Shown here: positions 30,750-41,032 of the stretch, in pieces
Numbering within the stretch: position 1 is the first letter of the stretch
How the letters are laid out: every line of letters starts with the position of its first letter
IMG/VR virus record: IMGVR_UViG_3300010338_000575
From: a virus
Lineage: Duplodnaviria; Caudoviricetes
Strand: one strand, 5' to 3'
DNA: 64,000 nucleotides
Position numbers and translations under genes: made by a program
The notes under the pieces: generated by a model
What the model was told of the DNA's origin: nothing
What the model saw: only the letters and a program-made list of their open reading frames with translations
Databases searched by the model: none

Positions 30750-31010
30750 TAACTTTGACGAAATTTTATTTCTCTCACTTTCTCTTATAAGAAAGTTTAA
30801 AAATAAAAATAACGTCGAAATAAAATTTCTTTCTTCACTTCTACGAAGTAAAGAACAAAGTCACAAAGTTTGTTTCTTAACTTCTACGAATTTAAGAAAA
30901 AACATTGTATTATAGGGTGTATTATATTCAAAATTTTACAAATTTTTAATTAAAAAATTTATTAACTCCAAATTTTTAATTTAAAAAAATAGAATTTTAA
31001 TTAAAAAAAA
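30750..31010. other. structured non-coding region (candidate ncRNA and/or replication origin)
   Basis: Perfect 13-bp inverted repeat 30760-30772/30817-30829, two CTTCTACGAA hairpins, three AATTTT(T)AATT(T)AAAAA repeats, TAACTTTG promoter motif at 30750. Confidence 0.45.
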
Positions 31011-31092
31011 TTGGGGGGTTGTCTATATTTTCCCAATGTAAAAATAATACATAAAAAAATATTATACAAGTATTTATTAAAAAATATTTTAT

Positions 31093-33375
31093 ATGCCTGA
31101 TGATACTTCAAAAATTGTTAGTGATAAAATAATTACTAATGGTACGAAACCATTAACTACTGAAGAGTATAGGGAATTAATTCTAAAACGTAATCTTGAA
31201 TTTGGTTATTCAAAAGATAAACCATATGAAAATATTGATAGTTTATCATTAGATAATTTATTAAAAAATGTTGATGGAAAAATTAAGCCAATAATTTCAA
31301 ATTTGTTAACATCAATACCTGTTTTAAATGCTATAAATCCTCAAAATACTTTAATAGGTAGATTAATTAAAACTAATACACCTCTTGAAATTGTTGGTAA
31401 TAAAATGTTAGGCGTTCATTTAGCATATGGTGTAACTGCACATTTAAGTAAAAAAATTGGAACTTTTGATGTTACTGGTGCAATATTTAAAGGGGGAAAA
31501 TTATATCATAAATATGAAGATTATAGTGTTACTAATAATTCAAATAAAAGTTTAGTTGATAAAGCAATTAGTTTTGGATTTTTTAATTCAAATATTTTTA
31601 GTAGTGCAACACCTTTTAATAGTGAATCTAATAATATTACTTATATTGAAAATACTGGAATTGCACAGTTATCTAATTTTTATAGAGCAATTAATTTAAA
31701 TGTATATAAACCAATTGGTTTTGATGTTGAATATGATACAATTTTTTTTGAGTATGCAAATAAAAAACATGCAGATATATCAATAAATCCGCAAAATTAT
31801 CCGTTAATTAATAAAAATATTTTTAGTTTTGATAATATTAAAAAAAATCCATATTTAAATTATCGTGATGTTAATTTATTTAATACAGTTAATTTAGTTA
31901 ATGATTTATATATAAAAAATTATAATGTTTTAGATTCACAATATTACGCAATAAGTACTGAAGATATTAATGATAATTATGGTAAAACTAATAAAACTGA
32001 AGAATTTAAATATGATAAAAATGGTTATTTTGGTGATATAAACTATAATATTAAAAATAGATTGGTATGGGGTAGAGATGGTGTTATTAGTGGTTTTGAA
32101 TTGACTTCAAAAACAAAAAATTTACGTGGTGATTACGTTGAAGATGAATATCAAAATGATGAATCTGATATTATTAATAATTTTAATATAAAAAGGGGGT
32201 TATTAGAATATACAAGAAGTTTAGTTAATGCAACATCGGGTCAGTATATTGATATGACTAAAAAAGTGTTTGTTGAAGGTGATAAGGTTGTAGGTTTTAA
32301 TGGTTCGTTATTATTTAAATCAAATGATAGTGAATATGCGAAAGAAAGTGGATGGTCTGGTAAAACTGGTGTTCGTCAACATACAATAATTGATCAGTAT
32401 GATAGATATGCTAAGGTAATTAGATTTAATGGTAATAAAATTTATGGTGGTAATGAAAATTCGATTATTTTTAATTCAGTAATACCAAAAATACATCCTA
32501 AAAAAAATAATGATAATAAATATGATGTGAGAAATTTAATGTTTAGTATTGAAAACCTTGCAATTAAAGTTAATAATGATGGTGTTATTGATGGTGATAC
32601 TAATTCAAAAATACCTTTAAATGAAGTTGGTGCATTTGGTGGTAGGATTATGTGGTTTCCGCCGTATGGATTGTCATTTAATGAAACATTGAGTGCAAAA
32701 TTTGATACAACAACATTATTAGGTAGAAATGAACCATTATATAATTATATGAATTCGGAAAGAAGCATGACAATTAATTTTATTATGATTGCTGATTATC
32801 CTATGAATTTAAAAAACATTATTGATATAAAAAGTAACGATAATAAAAAAAGAATTGCAGAGTTTTTTGCGTTTGGTGGTAATAAAATTAATGAAAATAA
32901 TAGTGATAATGATTTTAGTTTTATTGATTTTAATGATAAATTTTTATCATCATCTGATTATTTCATAAAAAATGTGTATCAACCTGCATTACATTCAATG
33001 ACACCTGAAGATTTACACAGACGTTTAACATTTTTAAACCAATGTACTAGACAAGGTACTGCTGTAAGAACAAGATCAGAAATTGATAATGTGGGTATTG
33101 AAAGATATAAAAATTCTGTATTTGGTAGACAACCGATTTGTGTATTAAGAATTGGTGATTTTATATATTCCAAAATTATTGTTGATAACGTAAATTTTGA
33201 TTATCAAGATACTATTTGGGATTTAAATCCAGAAGGGATGGGTGTACAACCAATGATAGTTAAGGTTACTTTACAAGTTAAATTGATTGGTGGTCAATCA
33301 TTAAAAGGACCTGTTGATGTATTGCAAAATGCAGCATCGTTCAATTATTATGCAAATTCAACATTTTTTGAATAA
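31093..33375 (+). CDS. baseplate/tail-tube initiator-like protein
   Basis: 'WFPPYGLSFNE...LLGRNEPLYNY.NSERS..INF', 'QPICVLRIGD'; follows the tape measure gene. Confidence 0.55.
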   Translation: MPDDTSKIVSDKIITNGTKPLTTEEYRELILKRNLEFGYSKDKPYENIDSLSLDNLLKNVDGKIKPIISNLLTSIPVLNAINPQNTLIGRLIKTNTPLEIVGNKMLGVHLAYGVTAHLSKKIGTFDVTGAIFKGGKLYHKYEDYSVTNNSNKSLVDKAISFGFFNSNIFSSATPFNSESNNITYIENTGIAQLSNFYRAINLNVYKPIGFDVEYDTIFFEYANKKHADISINPQNYPLINKNIFSFDNIKKNPYLNYRDVNLFNTVNLVNDLYIKNYNVLDSQYYAISTEDINDNYGKTNKTEEFKYDKNGYFGDINYNIKNRLVWGRDGVISGFELTSKTKNLRGDYVEDEYQNDESDIINNFNIKRGLLEYTRSLVNATSGQYIDMTKKVFVEGDKVVGFNGSLLFKSNDSEYAKESGWSGKTGVRQHTIIDQYDRYAKVIRFNGNKIYGGNENSIIFNSVIPKIHPKKNNDNKYDVRNLMFSIENLAIKVNNDGVIDGDTNSKIPLNEVGAFGGRIMWFPPYGLSFNETLSAKFDTTTLLGRNEPLYNYMNSERSMTINFIMIADYPMNLKNIIDIKSNDNKKRIAEFFAFGGNKINENNSDNDFSFIDFNDKFLSSSDYFIKNVYQPALHSMTPEDLHRRLTFLNQCTRQGTAVRTRSEIDNVGIERYKNSVFGRQPICVLRIGDFIYSKIIVDNVNFDYQDTIWDLNPEGMGVQPMIVKVTLQVKLIGGQSLKGPVDVLQNAASFNYYANSTFFE

Positions 33376-33399
33376 AATATAAAACAAAAATAATACTAT

Positions 33400-33708
33400 A
33401 TGCCATATATTGATTATAATAGATACGCACAATTAAAAAACGATGATGGTAGTTATAATATAATGCCATTTGTTAAATTACCAGTTAATGAAACTGATAA
33501 ATATGAATATTGGTCGGCAAATACAAGTCGATTAGATAAATTATCTTTTAAATATTATGGAAATCCATTTTATGATTTTCTGATTTTATATGCAAATAGT
33601 CAATATGTTTCAGAATTTGATATACCAGATGGTGAAATTATTAGAATACCGTTCCCATTATCGTTAGCGATTTCACAATATGAATCAATAGTATCTATAA
33701 ACAAATAA
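33400..33708 (+). CDS. LysM-like baseplate wedge protein (gp53/tail X-like)
   Basis: 'RLDKLSFKYYGNP....LILYAN...IP.GEIIRIP'. Confidence 0.75.
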   Translation: MPYIDYNRYAQLKNDDGSYNIMPFVKLPVNETDKYEYWSANTSRLDKLSFKYYGNPFYDFLILYANSQYVSEFDIPDGEIIRIPFPLSLAISQYESIVSINK

Positions 33709-33739
33709 AAAAGTCTTGTTTTTTATAAAAAAAAAAACA

Positions 33740-33747
33740 TATATTTG
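33740..33747 (+). promoter_or_regulatory. Bacteroidota sigmaA-type promoter for the glycosylation cluster
   Basis: TATATTTG with TTG about 22 nt upstream. Confidence 0.6.
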
Positions 33748-33766
33748 CGATTATCTAAAATAAGAA

Positions 33767-35074
33767 ATGAAGAAAGATACTATTATTGTTGTATTTTCAT
33801 CACATTTATCAGATGATGAAAATAATAGATTTATTGAACATATAAGCAAAACGATTGGTGTAAATCATTCAGTGTTTTGTTATAAAAATTTTAATCAATA
33901 TTCATTATCTGAAATTTATAATAGAGCAATTAAAGAACATTATAAACCAAATTCAATAATGGTTTTTTGTCACAATGATATTGTGATTAAAACAAATAAT
34001 TGGGGTAGGTTGTTATTAACAAAGTTCAATAATTCGGATTTTTCAATAATCGGTGTTGCTGGTACTACATATTTACATGATAATGGTGTTTGGTGGCATG
34101 ATAGGTCTAAAATGTTTGGTGTTGTTGAGCATACAGATGGATATAATGTGTGGGTTAATGAATATGCATCACCAAAAGTGGGATATACAAAACCTGTTAT
34201 TGTAATTGATGGGTTATTTATGGCGGTTGATTGTACCAACATAATGCATTTATTTGATGAAAATTTTAAAGGGTTTCATTTTTACGATTTGGGTTTTTGT
34301 TTTCCAAATTATTTGGATGGTGTTAATATTGGTGTAACTAACGATATTAGAATATTACATAAATCAATTGGTATAACAAATCAAGAATGGGAAGAAAACA
34401 GACAATTATTTATAAAAAAATATGATTGTGATTTACCTGAATTATACACACAATATTATAATTATGATATATTGGTTAATATTCTTACTAGGACACATAA
34501 TAGACCCAAACATTTTAAGGTGTGTAGGGAGTCAATTTTAAATCAAACGTATAAGAAAATAAATCATATTGTTGGTAGTGATGTTGATTGTGATTACTAC
34601 GATAAAGCGATTAGATTAACAATAAATGATGTACAATATCCACAATTAATGCCTGAATATAATACATATCCAGCACCTTGGAATTTACATTTAAATGAAT
34701 TAGCAAAATATGTTAAAGATGGTTGGGTGATGTATTTAGATGATGATGATAAATTTGTACATAAAAATGCTTTAAAAATTATTGTTAATAATATTGATAG
34801 TGAAAATGAATTGATTGTTTGGAGAGTAAAAATAAATATAAATGAGCAAGGTTGGATTGTTCCAAGTGACAGTGCTTTTAGTAAAAAAATTGAAGCAGGT
34901 AATGTTTCTGGTATTGGTTTTATGTTTCATTCTAAATATTTACCAGTAGATTGGGGTAGTTGGAGTTATGGTGATTATAGGGTATGTATGCAATTATTAA
35001 ATAAGGGTTTAAAATTAAAATGGATTGATTTAGTATTAACGGAAACACAAGATAAACCAAAAAACGGAAAATAG
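33767..35074 (+). CDS. two-domain GT-A (GT2-like) glycosyltransferase
   Basis: Domain 1 'VFCHNDI..IIGVAG..IDGLFMA..FDE.F.GFHFYD'; domain 2 'ILTRTHNRP..SILNQTY..YLDDDD'. Confidence 0.8.
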   Translation: MKKDTIIVVFSSHLSDDENNRFIEHISKTIGVNHSVFCYKNFNQYSLSEIYNRAIKEHYKPNSIMVFCHNDIVIKTNNWGRLLLTKFNNSDFSIIGVAGTTYLHDNGVWWHDRSKMFGVVEHTDGYNVWVNEYASPKVGYTKPVIVIDGLFMAVDCTNIMHLFDENFKGFHFYDLGFCFPNYLDGVNIGVTNDIRILHKSIGITNQEWEENRQLFIKKYDCDLPELYTQYYNYDILVNILTRTHNRPKHFKVCRESILNQTYKKINHIVGSDVDCDYYDKAIRLTINDVQYPQLMPEYNTYPAPWNLHLNELAKYVKDGWVMYLDDDDKFVHKNALKIIVNNIDSENELIVWRVKININEQGWIVPSDSAFSKKIEAGNVSGIGFMFHSKYLPVDWGSWSYGDYRVCMQLLNKGLKLKWIDLVLTETQDKPKNGK

Positions 35075-35113
35075 TGTAATAATATTAATAAAACACACAA
35101 AATTAACTAAACA

Positions 35114-35839
35114 ATGGAAAATAGTGTTGATAAAAAGGTTGATGTGTATATGGCAACATTATGGCGACAAGGTCATGCCGTTGTTGCAATTAATTCGCTA
35201 AGAAGTCAACCAGAATTTGGTACAGCAACAATTACGTGTAATAATTGGACTGATGAGCAATGGGAATATATTAATAAAGAATTGGGCGATGATATGCGAA
35301 TTAAATTATATAGGGGTAATAATGAAAAGGGTAGTAATGAAAAATTAAAATATATTGCTCATGGTAATAATTATTATATTGCGTTGGCTGATGATGATTT
35401 AATATATCCACACGATTATTTAGGTAAATTAATTAATGGTTGTGAGAAATATAATGCACATGTTTCATTACATGGTGTTGTATTATTGAAAGGTATTATT
35501 AATAGTTATTATAGAGATAGAATTGTTTATAGGGCGTTAGGTACTGTTTTATTGGATCAAGAAGTCGATATTGTTAGTAATTGTGGTAGTTTATTTAAGC
35601 GTAATTTTTATAATGATTTAGATAAATGGTATGATTACTGTGGTAATGTATCAATGGATGATTTATATGTTAATTATTTTGCGAAAAAAAATGGGATAAA
35701 ACGGTATGTTTTGTCACATGTTGAAGGGTATTTAAAACACAAAAAACAATATCCTGAAGATAATTATGTTTTTGATAAACACAAAAACGATGATAGTGTG
35801 CAAACTAATTTTATTAATAACGTATTTTTAAAGGTGTGA
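35114..35839 (+). CDS. GT-A fold glycosyltransferase
   Basis: 'LADDDLIYP.DY', 'MDD'. Confidence 0.7.
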   Translation: MENSVDKKVDVYMATLWRQGHAVVAINSLRSQPEFGTATITCNNWTDEQWEYINKELGDDMRIKLYRGNNEKGSNEKLKYIAHGNNYYIALADDDLIYPHDYLGKLINGCEKYNAHVSLHGVVLLKGIINSYYRDRIVYRALGTVLLDQEVDIVSNCGSLFKRNFYNDLDKWYDYCGNVSMDDLYVNYFAKKNGIKRYVLSHVEGYLKHKKQYPEDNYVFDKHKNDDSVQTNFINNVFLKV

Positions 35840-36456
35840 TTGATAATAATAGTACTGATGGTACAACACAATGGTTAAAATCTATTGTAGTTGATGGATA
35901 TTATAAAATAAAGCCAATTTTTTTAGATTATAATTCAGGTGATTTTGGTGGGACTAAATTGGGTTATGAAAATTTGGATGATGATTGTGTTTATACTATG
36001 CAATGGGATAATGATCGTCCACCAATAACAGAAAATTTTTTGGATAAAATTGTGAATATAATGGATGCCTTTCGAAATATTGGTCAATTAATGTTAAAAA
36101 GAACGGGTGTTGGTAATATAATTCAACCAATAAATATTCAAGAATATAATGGTGTTTTTTTTGGTGATGTTAATACGGTAACTTGTGTTAATATACAGAG
36201 AAGAAAAGTAATTGATGATATTAATTATTGGGTTTGTGATGAATCTGTTTATTGGGATTTTATGATAAATCAAGAAATGCTTAAACGTGGTTATCAATTA
36301 AAAAAGTGTTTAAATGTAATTGTGTCGCATATTGATGTGTTTCCAGAATTAAATTTTAATTTACAAAAATTAAAATTTCCAAATTATTTTAATAATAAAA
36401 GTAAGATTAACTACACCGAGATTGATTATAATTGTGATAATAATGAGAAAAAATAA
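35836..36456 (+). CDS. GT2 glycosyltransferase, apparently N-terminally truncated
   Basis: Begins at the internal GT2 motif 'IDNNSTDGT'; 'WDND'. Confidence 0.55.
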   Translation: MIDNNSTDGTTQWLKSIVVDGYYKIKPIFLDYNSGDFGGTKLGYENLDDDCVYTMQWDNDRPPITENFLDKIVNIMDAFRNIGQLMLKRTGVGNIIQPINIQEYNGVFFGDVNTVTCVNIQRRKVIDDINYWVCDESVYWDFMINQEMLKRGYQLKKCLNVIVSHIDVFPELNFNLQKLKFPNYFNNKSKINYTEIDYNCDNNEKK

Positions 36457-37306
36457 AAACAATATTAAGAGAATAATAAAAAAAAGGATTAATATTATTA
36501 ATTCTAATAATATTTTTATTGAAAATAATATTAATGACAATAAAATATATATTAACCAAAAAAACATTAATGATAATTTAATAGTCAATGATGTTGATGT
36601 TAACAATATTAGTAATACATATGATTATGCTTATATTTTTAATAACAAAAAACATAATACAGAATTAAAAACATTGGTGTTAATCTCAAATTATATGAGA
36701 ATTGACATGTTGACTATGATATTAAATGAAATAAAAGAATATAATAATATTGATTATTATATATTTGATGATAGGTCAGATTATGTTTTGGATGATAATC
36801 GTTTTATTGTGAATAGTGAGCATAGAGGTAAACATCAATATTGGAAAACATTTGATGAGATGTTTAAAATGTGTGAAAAATCGAATTATGATGTGTATTG
36901 TTTCATTCCAAATGATTTTTTAAATATTAATTTTAGTAGAATATTTAAATACGCATCATTATTGTCAGAGTATTATTATGTTTTTAATATTATTAATGAT
37001 GGTAGGTTAGAATCGTGGACAGGAAAAAAATCATATAAAATTTCAGATGATATTTATATATCATTTTTTACTGATTGTGGTTTTTTTACAAATAGAAAAA
37101 CATTAGAAAAATTAAAATTTACAATATTTCCAATAAAAATAAAAAATGATAAAATGAGTTCAGGTGTTGGTAGACAATTGTCAATAAGATTGCGTGATTT
37201 AAAAATACCAATATTTACACCAATAAGAAGCATGGCATTTCATGGTGATCATGAATCTTTAATGAATGGTGTTGAAAGAAAAAATAATAAATTAATATCA
37301 AAATAA
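36422..37306 (+). CDS. GT-A-like glycosyltransferase
   Basis: 'VLISNYMR', 'IFDDRSD', 'IPNDF'; low-complexity N/I/K leader. Confidence 0.55.
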   Translation: MIIIVIIMRKNKNNIKRIIKKRINIINSNNIFIENNINDNKIYINQKNINDNLIVNDVDVNNISNTYDYAYIFNNKKHNTELKTLVLISNYMRIDMLTMILNEIKEYNNIDYYIFDDRSDYVLDDNRFIVNSEHRGKHQYWKTFDEMFKMCEKSNYDVYCFIPNDFLNINFSRIFKYASLLSEYYYVFNIINDGRLESWTGKKSYKISDDIYISFFTDCGFFTNRKTLEKLKFTIFPIKIKNDKMSSGVGRQLSIRLRDLKIPIFTPIRSMAFHGDHESLMNGVERKNNKLISK

Positions 37307-37309
37307 TAT

Positions 37310-38128
37310 TTGATTATGTCTATTATTGATTTTTTTAAGAAAAAAAAGAAAAAAGTTTTGGTTATTGGTGATAGTTGTATTGATATTTTTTGGTATGGTA
37401 GATGTGATAAATTATCACCAGAAGCACCGACACCAATATTTATACCTGAGTATAAATTAAATAATATGGGTATGTGTTATAATGTTTATAATAATTTAGT
37501 TGCATTAAACGTTGATGTTGATATTATTACAAACACAAAATATCCAATTAAAACTAGATATGTTGATGAAAAAAGTACCTATACGTTATTAAGAGTAGAT
37601 GAGAATGATTATGTTGATAATGTTGAAAAATCTATATTAGATAGTATTGATTATGAAAAATATGATGCTGTTGTTATTTCTGATTATAATAAAGGTTTTT
37701 TAACTGAAGATAATATTAGACTAATTTCAAATAATCATCCACTAACATTTTTAGATACAAAAAAAGAAATGGGTTCTTGGTGTGATAATATTAAATTTAT
37801 TAAAGTTAATGAAAGGGAATATAACAAAAACATTTATTATCTTGAAAATATACATCAACATGATTCAATAATAACATTAGGTAAAAAAGGTGCTATGTTA
37901 CTTTCAAAAAAAATGGGTGTTTTACAAAAAAAATATTTTTTAAATGATAATGTAGTTAATGTTATTGATATTTCTGGTGCTGGTGATACGTTTTTAGCGT
38001 CATTGGTTTATAGTTATTTGATTGATAAAAATATCAGTAAGTCTATTTATTTTGCAAATAAATGTTCATCTTGGGTTGTTACTCAAAAAGGTGTTAGTGT
38101 TATTGATTTAAAACAAGTAAAATTATGA
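37310..38128 (+). CDS. heptose-7-phosphate kinase (HldA / RfaE domain I, PfkB family)
   Basis: 'VLVIGDSCID', 'KLSPEAPTP', 'KTRY', 'VISDYNKGFL', 'DISGAGDTF'. Confidence 0.9.
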   Translation: MIMSIIDFFKKKKKKVLVIGDSCIDIFWYGRCDKLSPEAPTPIFIPEYKLNNMGMCYNVYNNLVALNVDVDIITNTKYPIKTRYVDEKSTYTLLRVDENDYVDNVEKSILDSIDYEKYDAVVISDYNKGFLTEDNIRLISNNHPLTFLDTKKEMGSWCDNIKFIKVNEREYNKNIYYLENIHQHDSIITLGKKGAMLLSKKMGVLQKKYFLNDNVVNVIDISGAGDTFLASLVYSYLIDKNISKSIYFANKCSSWVVTQKGVSVIDLKQVKL

Positions 38129-38511
38129 TAAAAATTAAAAAAACAACAGATAGTAATAATATTATATCTAAAGGATGGGGTGAAGAAATAATAATCCATA
38201 ATGATAACGAATATTGTGGCAAGTTGTTGAGATTTATTGAAGGTTGTAAATTTAGTTTACATTATCACGTAAAAAAAAGTGAAACGTGGTATGTGAATAA
38301 AGGTGAATTTATATTAATTTATATTGATACGAATAGTGCGGTTAAACACGAGTTAAGAATTGGTGTTGGTGATATTATTCATATTGAACGAAACACACCA
38401 CATCAATTAATGGCAATAACTGACGGTGAAATTTTTGAAGTAAGTACACCACATTTTGATGATGATAGTTATAGGATTGAAGCGGGTGATAGTCAAATAA
38501 AAAACAATTGA
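38125..38511 (+). CDS. cupin-fold sugar isomerase-like protein
   Basis: 'KGWGEE', 'FSLHYH..K.ETWYV..G', 'PHQL', 'EVST...DDSYR'. Confidence 0.75.
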   Translation: MIKIKKTTDSNNIISKGWGEEIIIHNDNEYCGKLLRFIEGCKFSLHYHVKKSETWYVNKGEFILIYIDTNSAVKHELRIGVGDIIHIERNTPHQLMAITDGEIFEVSTPHFDDDSYRIEAGDSQIKNN

Positions 38512-38514
38512 GAT

Positions 38515-38802
38515 ATGTTAATATATGTTGATATTGATGGGACTATTTGTGATAGTAGTAATGGTTATGAAAATGCAATACCAATTAAGAAAAACATTGA
38601 TAAAATTAATAAATTGTATGATAATGGTAATGTTATTGTATATTGGACATCAAGAGGTAGAAAAACTGGTATTGATTGGAGTGAATTAACAAAAAAGCAA
38701 CTATTGGATTGGGGGTGTTTATATCACGAATTGTCGATGAATGATAAACCATCATATGATCTTTTAATAGATGATAAAGCAATAAATATTGATAATTTAT
38801 GA
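38515..38802 (+). CDS. minimal HAD phosphatase
   Basis: 'YVDIDGTIC', 'YWTSRG', 'KP.YDLLIDDKA'. Confidence 0.8.
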   Translation: MLIYVDIDGTICDSSNGYENAIPIKKNIDKINKLYDNGNVIVYWTSRGRKTGIDWSELTKKQLLDWGCLYHELSMNDKPSYDLLIDDKAINIDNL

Positions 38803-39233
38803 ATATATGGGTTAATGGTTGTTTTGATATATTACATACTGGTCATATTGACTTGTTATGGTTTGCCAAACTATATAAAACCAATGAAACAAATGAATTA
38901 GATATATTCAGTCAAAACAGATTGATTGTTGGTTTGGATTCGGATAATCGTATTAAACAGTATAAAGGAAATGGTAGACCAATTAATGATGCGATGACTA
39001 GATTAAAGATTATGTCGAATTTAAAAATGGTTGATAATGTTGTTATTTTTAATAATGATAGTGAATTAGAAAAATATATAACGTTGTTTGATATTGATTA
39101 TATTATAGTTGGTGAGGAGTATAGAAATAAAAGAGTTGTTGGTAGTGATTTTGTAAAAATCGGTGTTGATTACTATCCAATAGTAAACGGGTTATCAACA
39201 ACAAATATTATTAATAAAATAAAAACACTATGA
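38799..39233 (+). CDS. heptose-1-phosphate nucleotidyltransferase (HldC / RfaE domain II)
   Basis: 'NGCFDILHTGH', 'LIVGLDSD', 'KG.GRPIN', 'STTNII'. Confidence 0.9.
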   Translation: MNIWVNGCFDILHTGHIDLLWFAKLYKTNETNELDIFSQNRLIVGLDSDNRIKQYKGNGRPINDAMTRLKIMSNLKMVDNVVIFNNDSELEKYITLFDIDYIIVGEEYRNKRVVGSDFVKIGVDYYPIVNGLSTTNIINKIKTL

Positions 39234-40138
39234 TTGTTGTTACGGGCGGTTTAGGTTTTATTGGGCAAAATTTAGTGAATAAATTAAAGCGAACAACAAA
39301 TGATGATATTGTTGTTTTAGATATAGTTATTAATGATATAAATACCATTGAAAAATGGTTGTTTAATAATGCAAATAAAATTAAAGGTATTTATCATTTA
39401 GGTGCAATTACGGATACAACATTATCAGATGAAAAACTGTTTAATACATATAATTATAATGCCAGTAAATTTATTTGGAATTTATGTGCTGAATTCGATA
39501 TTCCATTAGTTTATGCAAGTTCTGCAGCAACATATGGGGATGGTAGTGCTGGTTTTGATGATGAAAAACCAATTGATAATTTAGTTCCGTTAAATTTATA
39601 TGGTTGGTCTAAGCAAAAATTTGATATATGGGCTATTAGCAATAAAATCAAACCCAAACATTGGTATGGATTAAAATTTTTCAATGTTTATGGTTATGGT
39701 GAATCACATAAGGGTAGAATGGCTTCTGTGGTATATCAAGCATATAATCAAATAAAAAATACTGGTACTGTTAGTTTATTTAAATCGTATAATAATGATT
39801 ATGGTGATGGTATGCAACTTAGAGATTTTATATTTGTTGAAGATGTTGTAGATGTTTGTATGTTTTTCATGAATAAACTATCTGATAGTGGAATTTATAA
39901 TGTTGGTACTGGTAAATCAAGAAGTTTTAATGATTTAGTAAAAATTATTTTTAATTATCTTGATTTACCAAAAAATATTACATATATTGACATGCCAATT
40001 GAAATTAGGAATTCATATCAATACTATACTGAGGCTAAAATCGATAAATTGAGAAATGTTGGATTTTTAAATAATTTTTACGAATTAGAAGAAGGTGTAA
40101 TTAAATATTTAAATAATTTAATATATGAAAATCGGTAA
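39230..40138 (+). CDS. hldD: ADP-L-glycero-D-manno-heptose 6-epimerase
   Basis: 'VTGGLGFIG', 'HLGAITDTT', 'YASSAATYG', 'PLNLYGWSK', 'FFNVYG..E.HKGRMAS', 'RDFIFVED', 'YQYYTEA'. Confidence 0.92.
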   Translation: MIVVTGGLGFIGQNLVNKLKRTTNDDIVVLDIVINDINTIEKWLFNNANKIKGIYHLGAITDTTLSDEKLFNTYNYNASKFIWNLCAEFDIPLVYASSAATYGDGSAGFDDEKPIDNLVPLNLYGWSKQKFDIWAISNKIKPKHWYGLKFFNVYGYGESHKGRMASVVYQAYNQIKNTGTVSLFKSYNNDYGDGMQLRDFIFVEDVVDVCMFFMNKLSDSGIYNVGTGKSRSFNDLVKIIFNYLDLPKNITYIDMPIEIRNSYQYYTEAKIDKLRNVGFLNNFYELEEGVIKYLNNLIYENR

Positions 40139-40760
40139 TATTATATTTGAAAACGAGTTAATTAATCACACAGAAGTTGATTATATTAATTATATTAATA
40201 AACCGATGGAATATGATTTGATTGATAAATCAAAACCAACATTATATGTCGGTTGGAATTTTATGAAATCATGTAATCCTAATAATGAAATTATTCAAAA
40301 TGCCGATATATTAAAAAAGAAAATTATAACAAATGAATTATATTGGGAATTTAGTTTTGTTGAAAACAAATCATCACACGTAAGAGGTGTAGAAAATTTT
40401 ATTAATAATGTTCCAAAACTATACTTCACATCTAAATTTAGATATACTAATTTAGATCCAATATTTTTTTCTGTTAATGATATTAATGAGTTGTGTGTTA
40501 TTTTAACACCCAAAAAAATAGTAAAATGTTATAATTATAAAAATGAGATGTTATATTTATTATATGGTAACGATATAATTGGAATTGATTTAAGAGTGTA
40601 TGGTTATTTTGATTTTAACATACCACAAATAATTGATTTAGTGAAGTCGAGTGCATTTGCATATTATGATGATTTATATGGTGATATATACATAAAATAT
40701 TATAAAATATTTCCCACCTTTTCAAATTTAAAAAGATATATTGTCACCTTGGTTGAATAG
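40125..40760 (+). CDS. hypothetical protein
   Basis: 211-aa ORF overlapping the end of hldD. Confidence 0.6.
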   Translation: MKIGNIIFENELINHTEVDYINYINKPMEYDLIDKSKPTLYVGWNFMKSCNPNNEIIQNADILKKKIITNELYWEFSFVENKSSHVRGVENFINNVPKLYFTSKFRYTNLDPIFFSVNDINELCVILTPKKIVKCYNYKNEMLYLLYGNDIIGIDLRVYGYFDFNIPQIIDLVKSSAFAYYDDLYGDIYIKYYKIFPTFSNLKRYIVTLVE

Positions 40761-40822
40761 TATTTGGTATTGTTCGTGATTTTTTTATTTGTTTATAGTA
40801 TTTATATTAAATTATAAATGCT

Positions 40823-41023
40823 ATGGAAAATAATATTAAAAAAATTCTTAATGATTTTGTTGACGATCAGAATGACAATTCAAATGTTCAAAACCCAAAT
40901 TCATCGCAACAATATAAAAATTATAAAAAGGTTGTTATGAATGAACGTGAGGGGCTTATTGAACGTGTTGATAAGATTTATGTAACAAATGACGGTCGAC
41001 AATTATTAAGAGAACAATACTAA
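40823..41023 (+). CDS. small late protein
   Basis: 66 aa; late motif at 40798-40805. Confidence 0.6.
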   Translation: MENNIKKILNDFVDDQNDNSNVQNPNSSQQYKNYKKVVMNEREGLIERVDKIYVTNDGRQLLREQY

Positions 41024-41032
41024 TAAAAGCAT

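Noticed and set aside
30727-30915. 62-aa ORF in the structured intergenic region
   Set aside because: TTG start, overlaps the promoter motif and palindromes, no protein-like features
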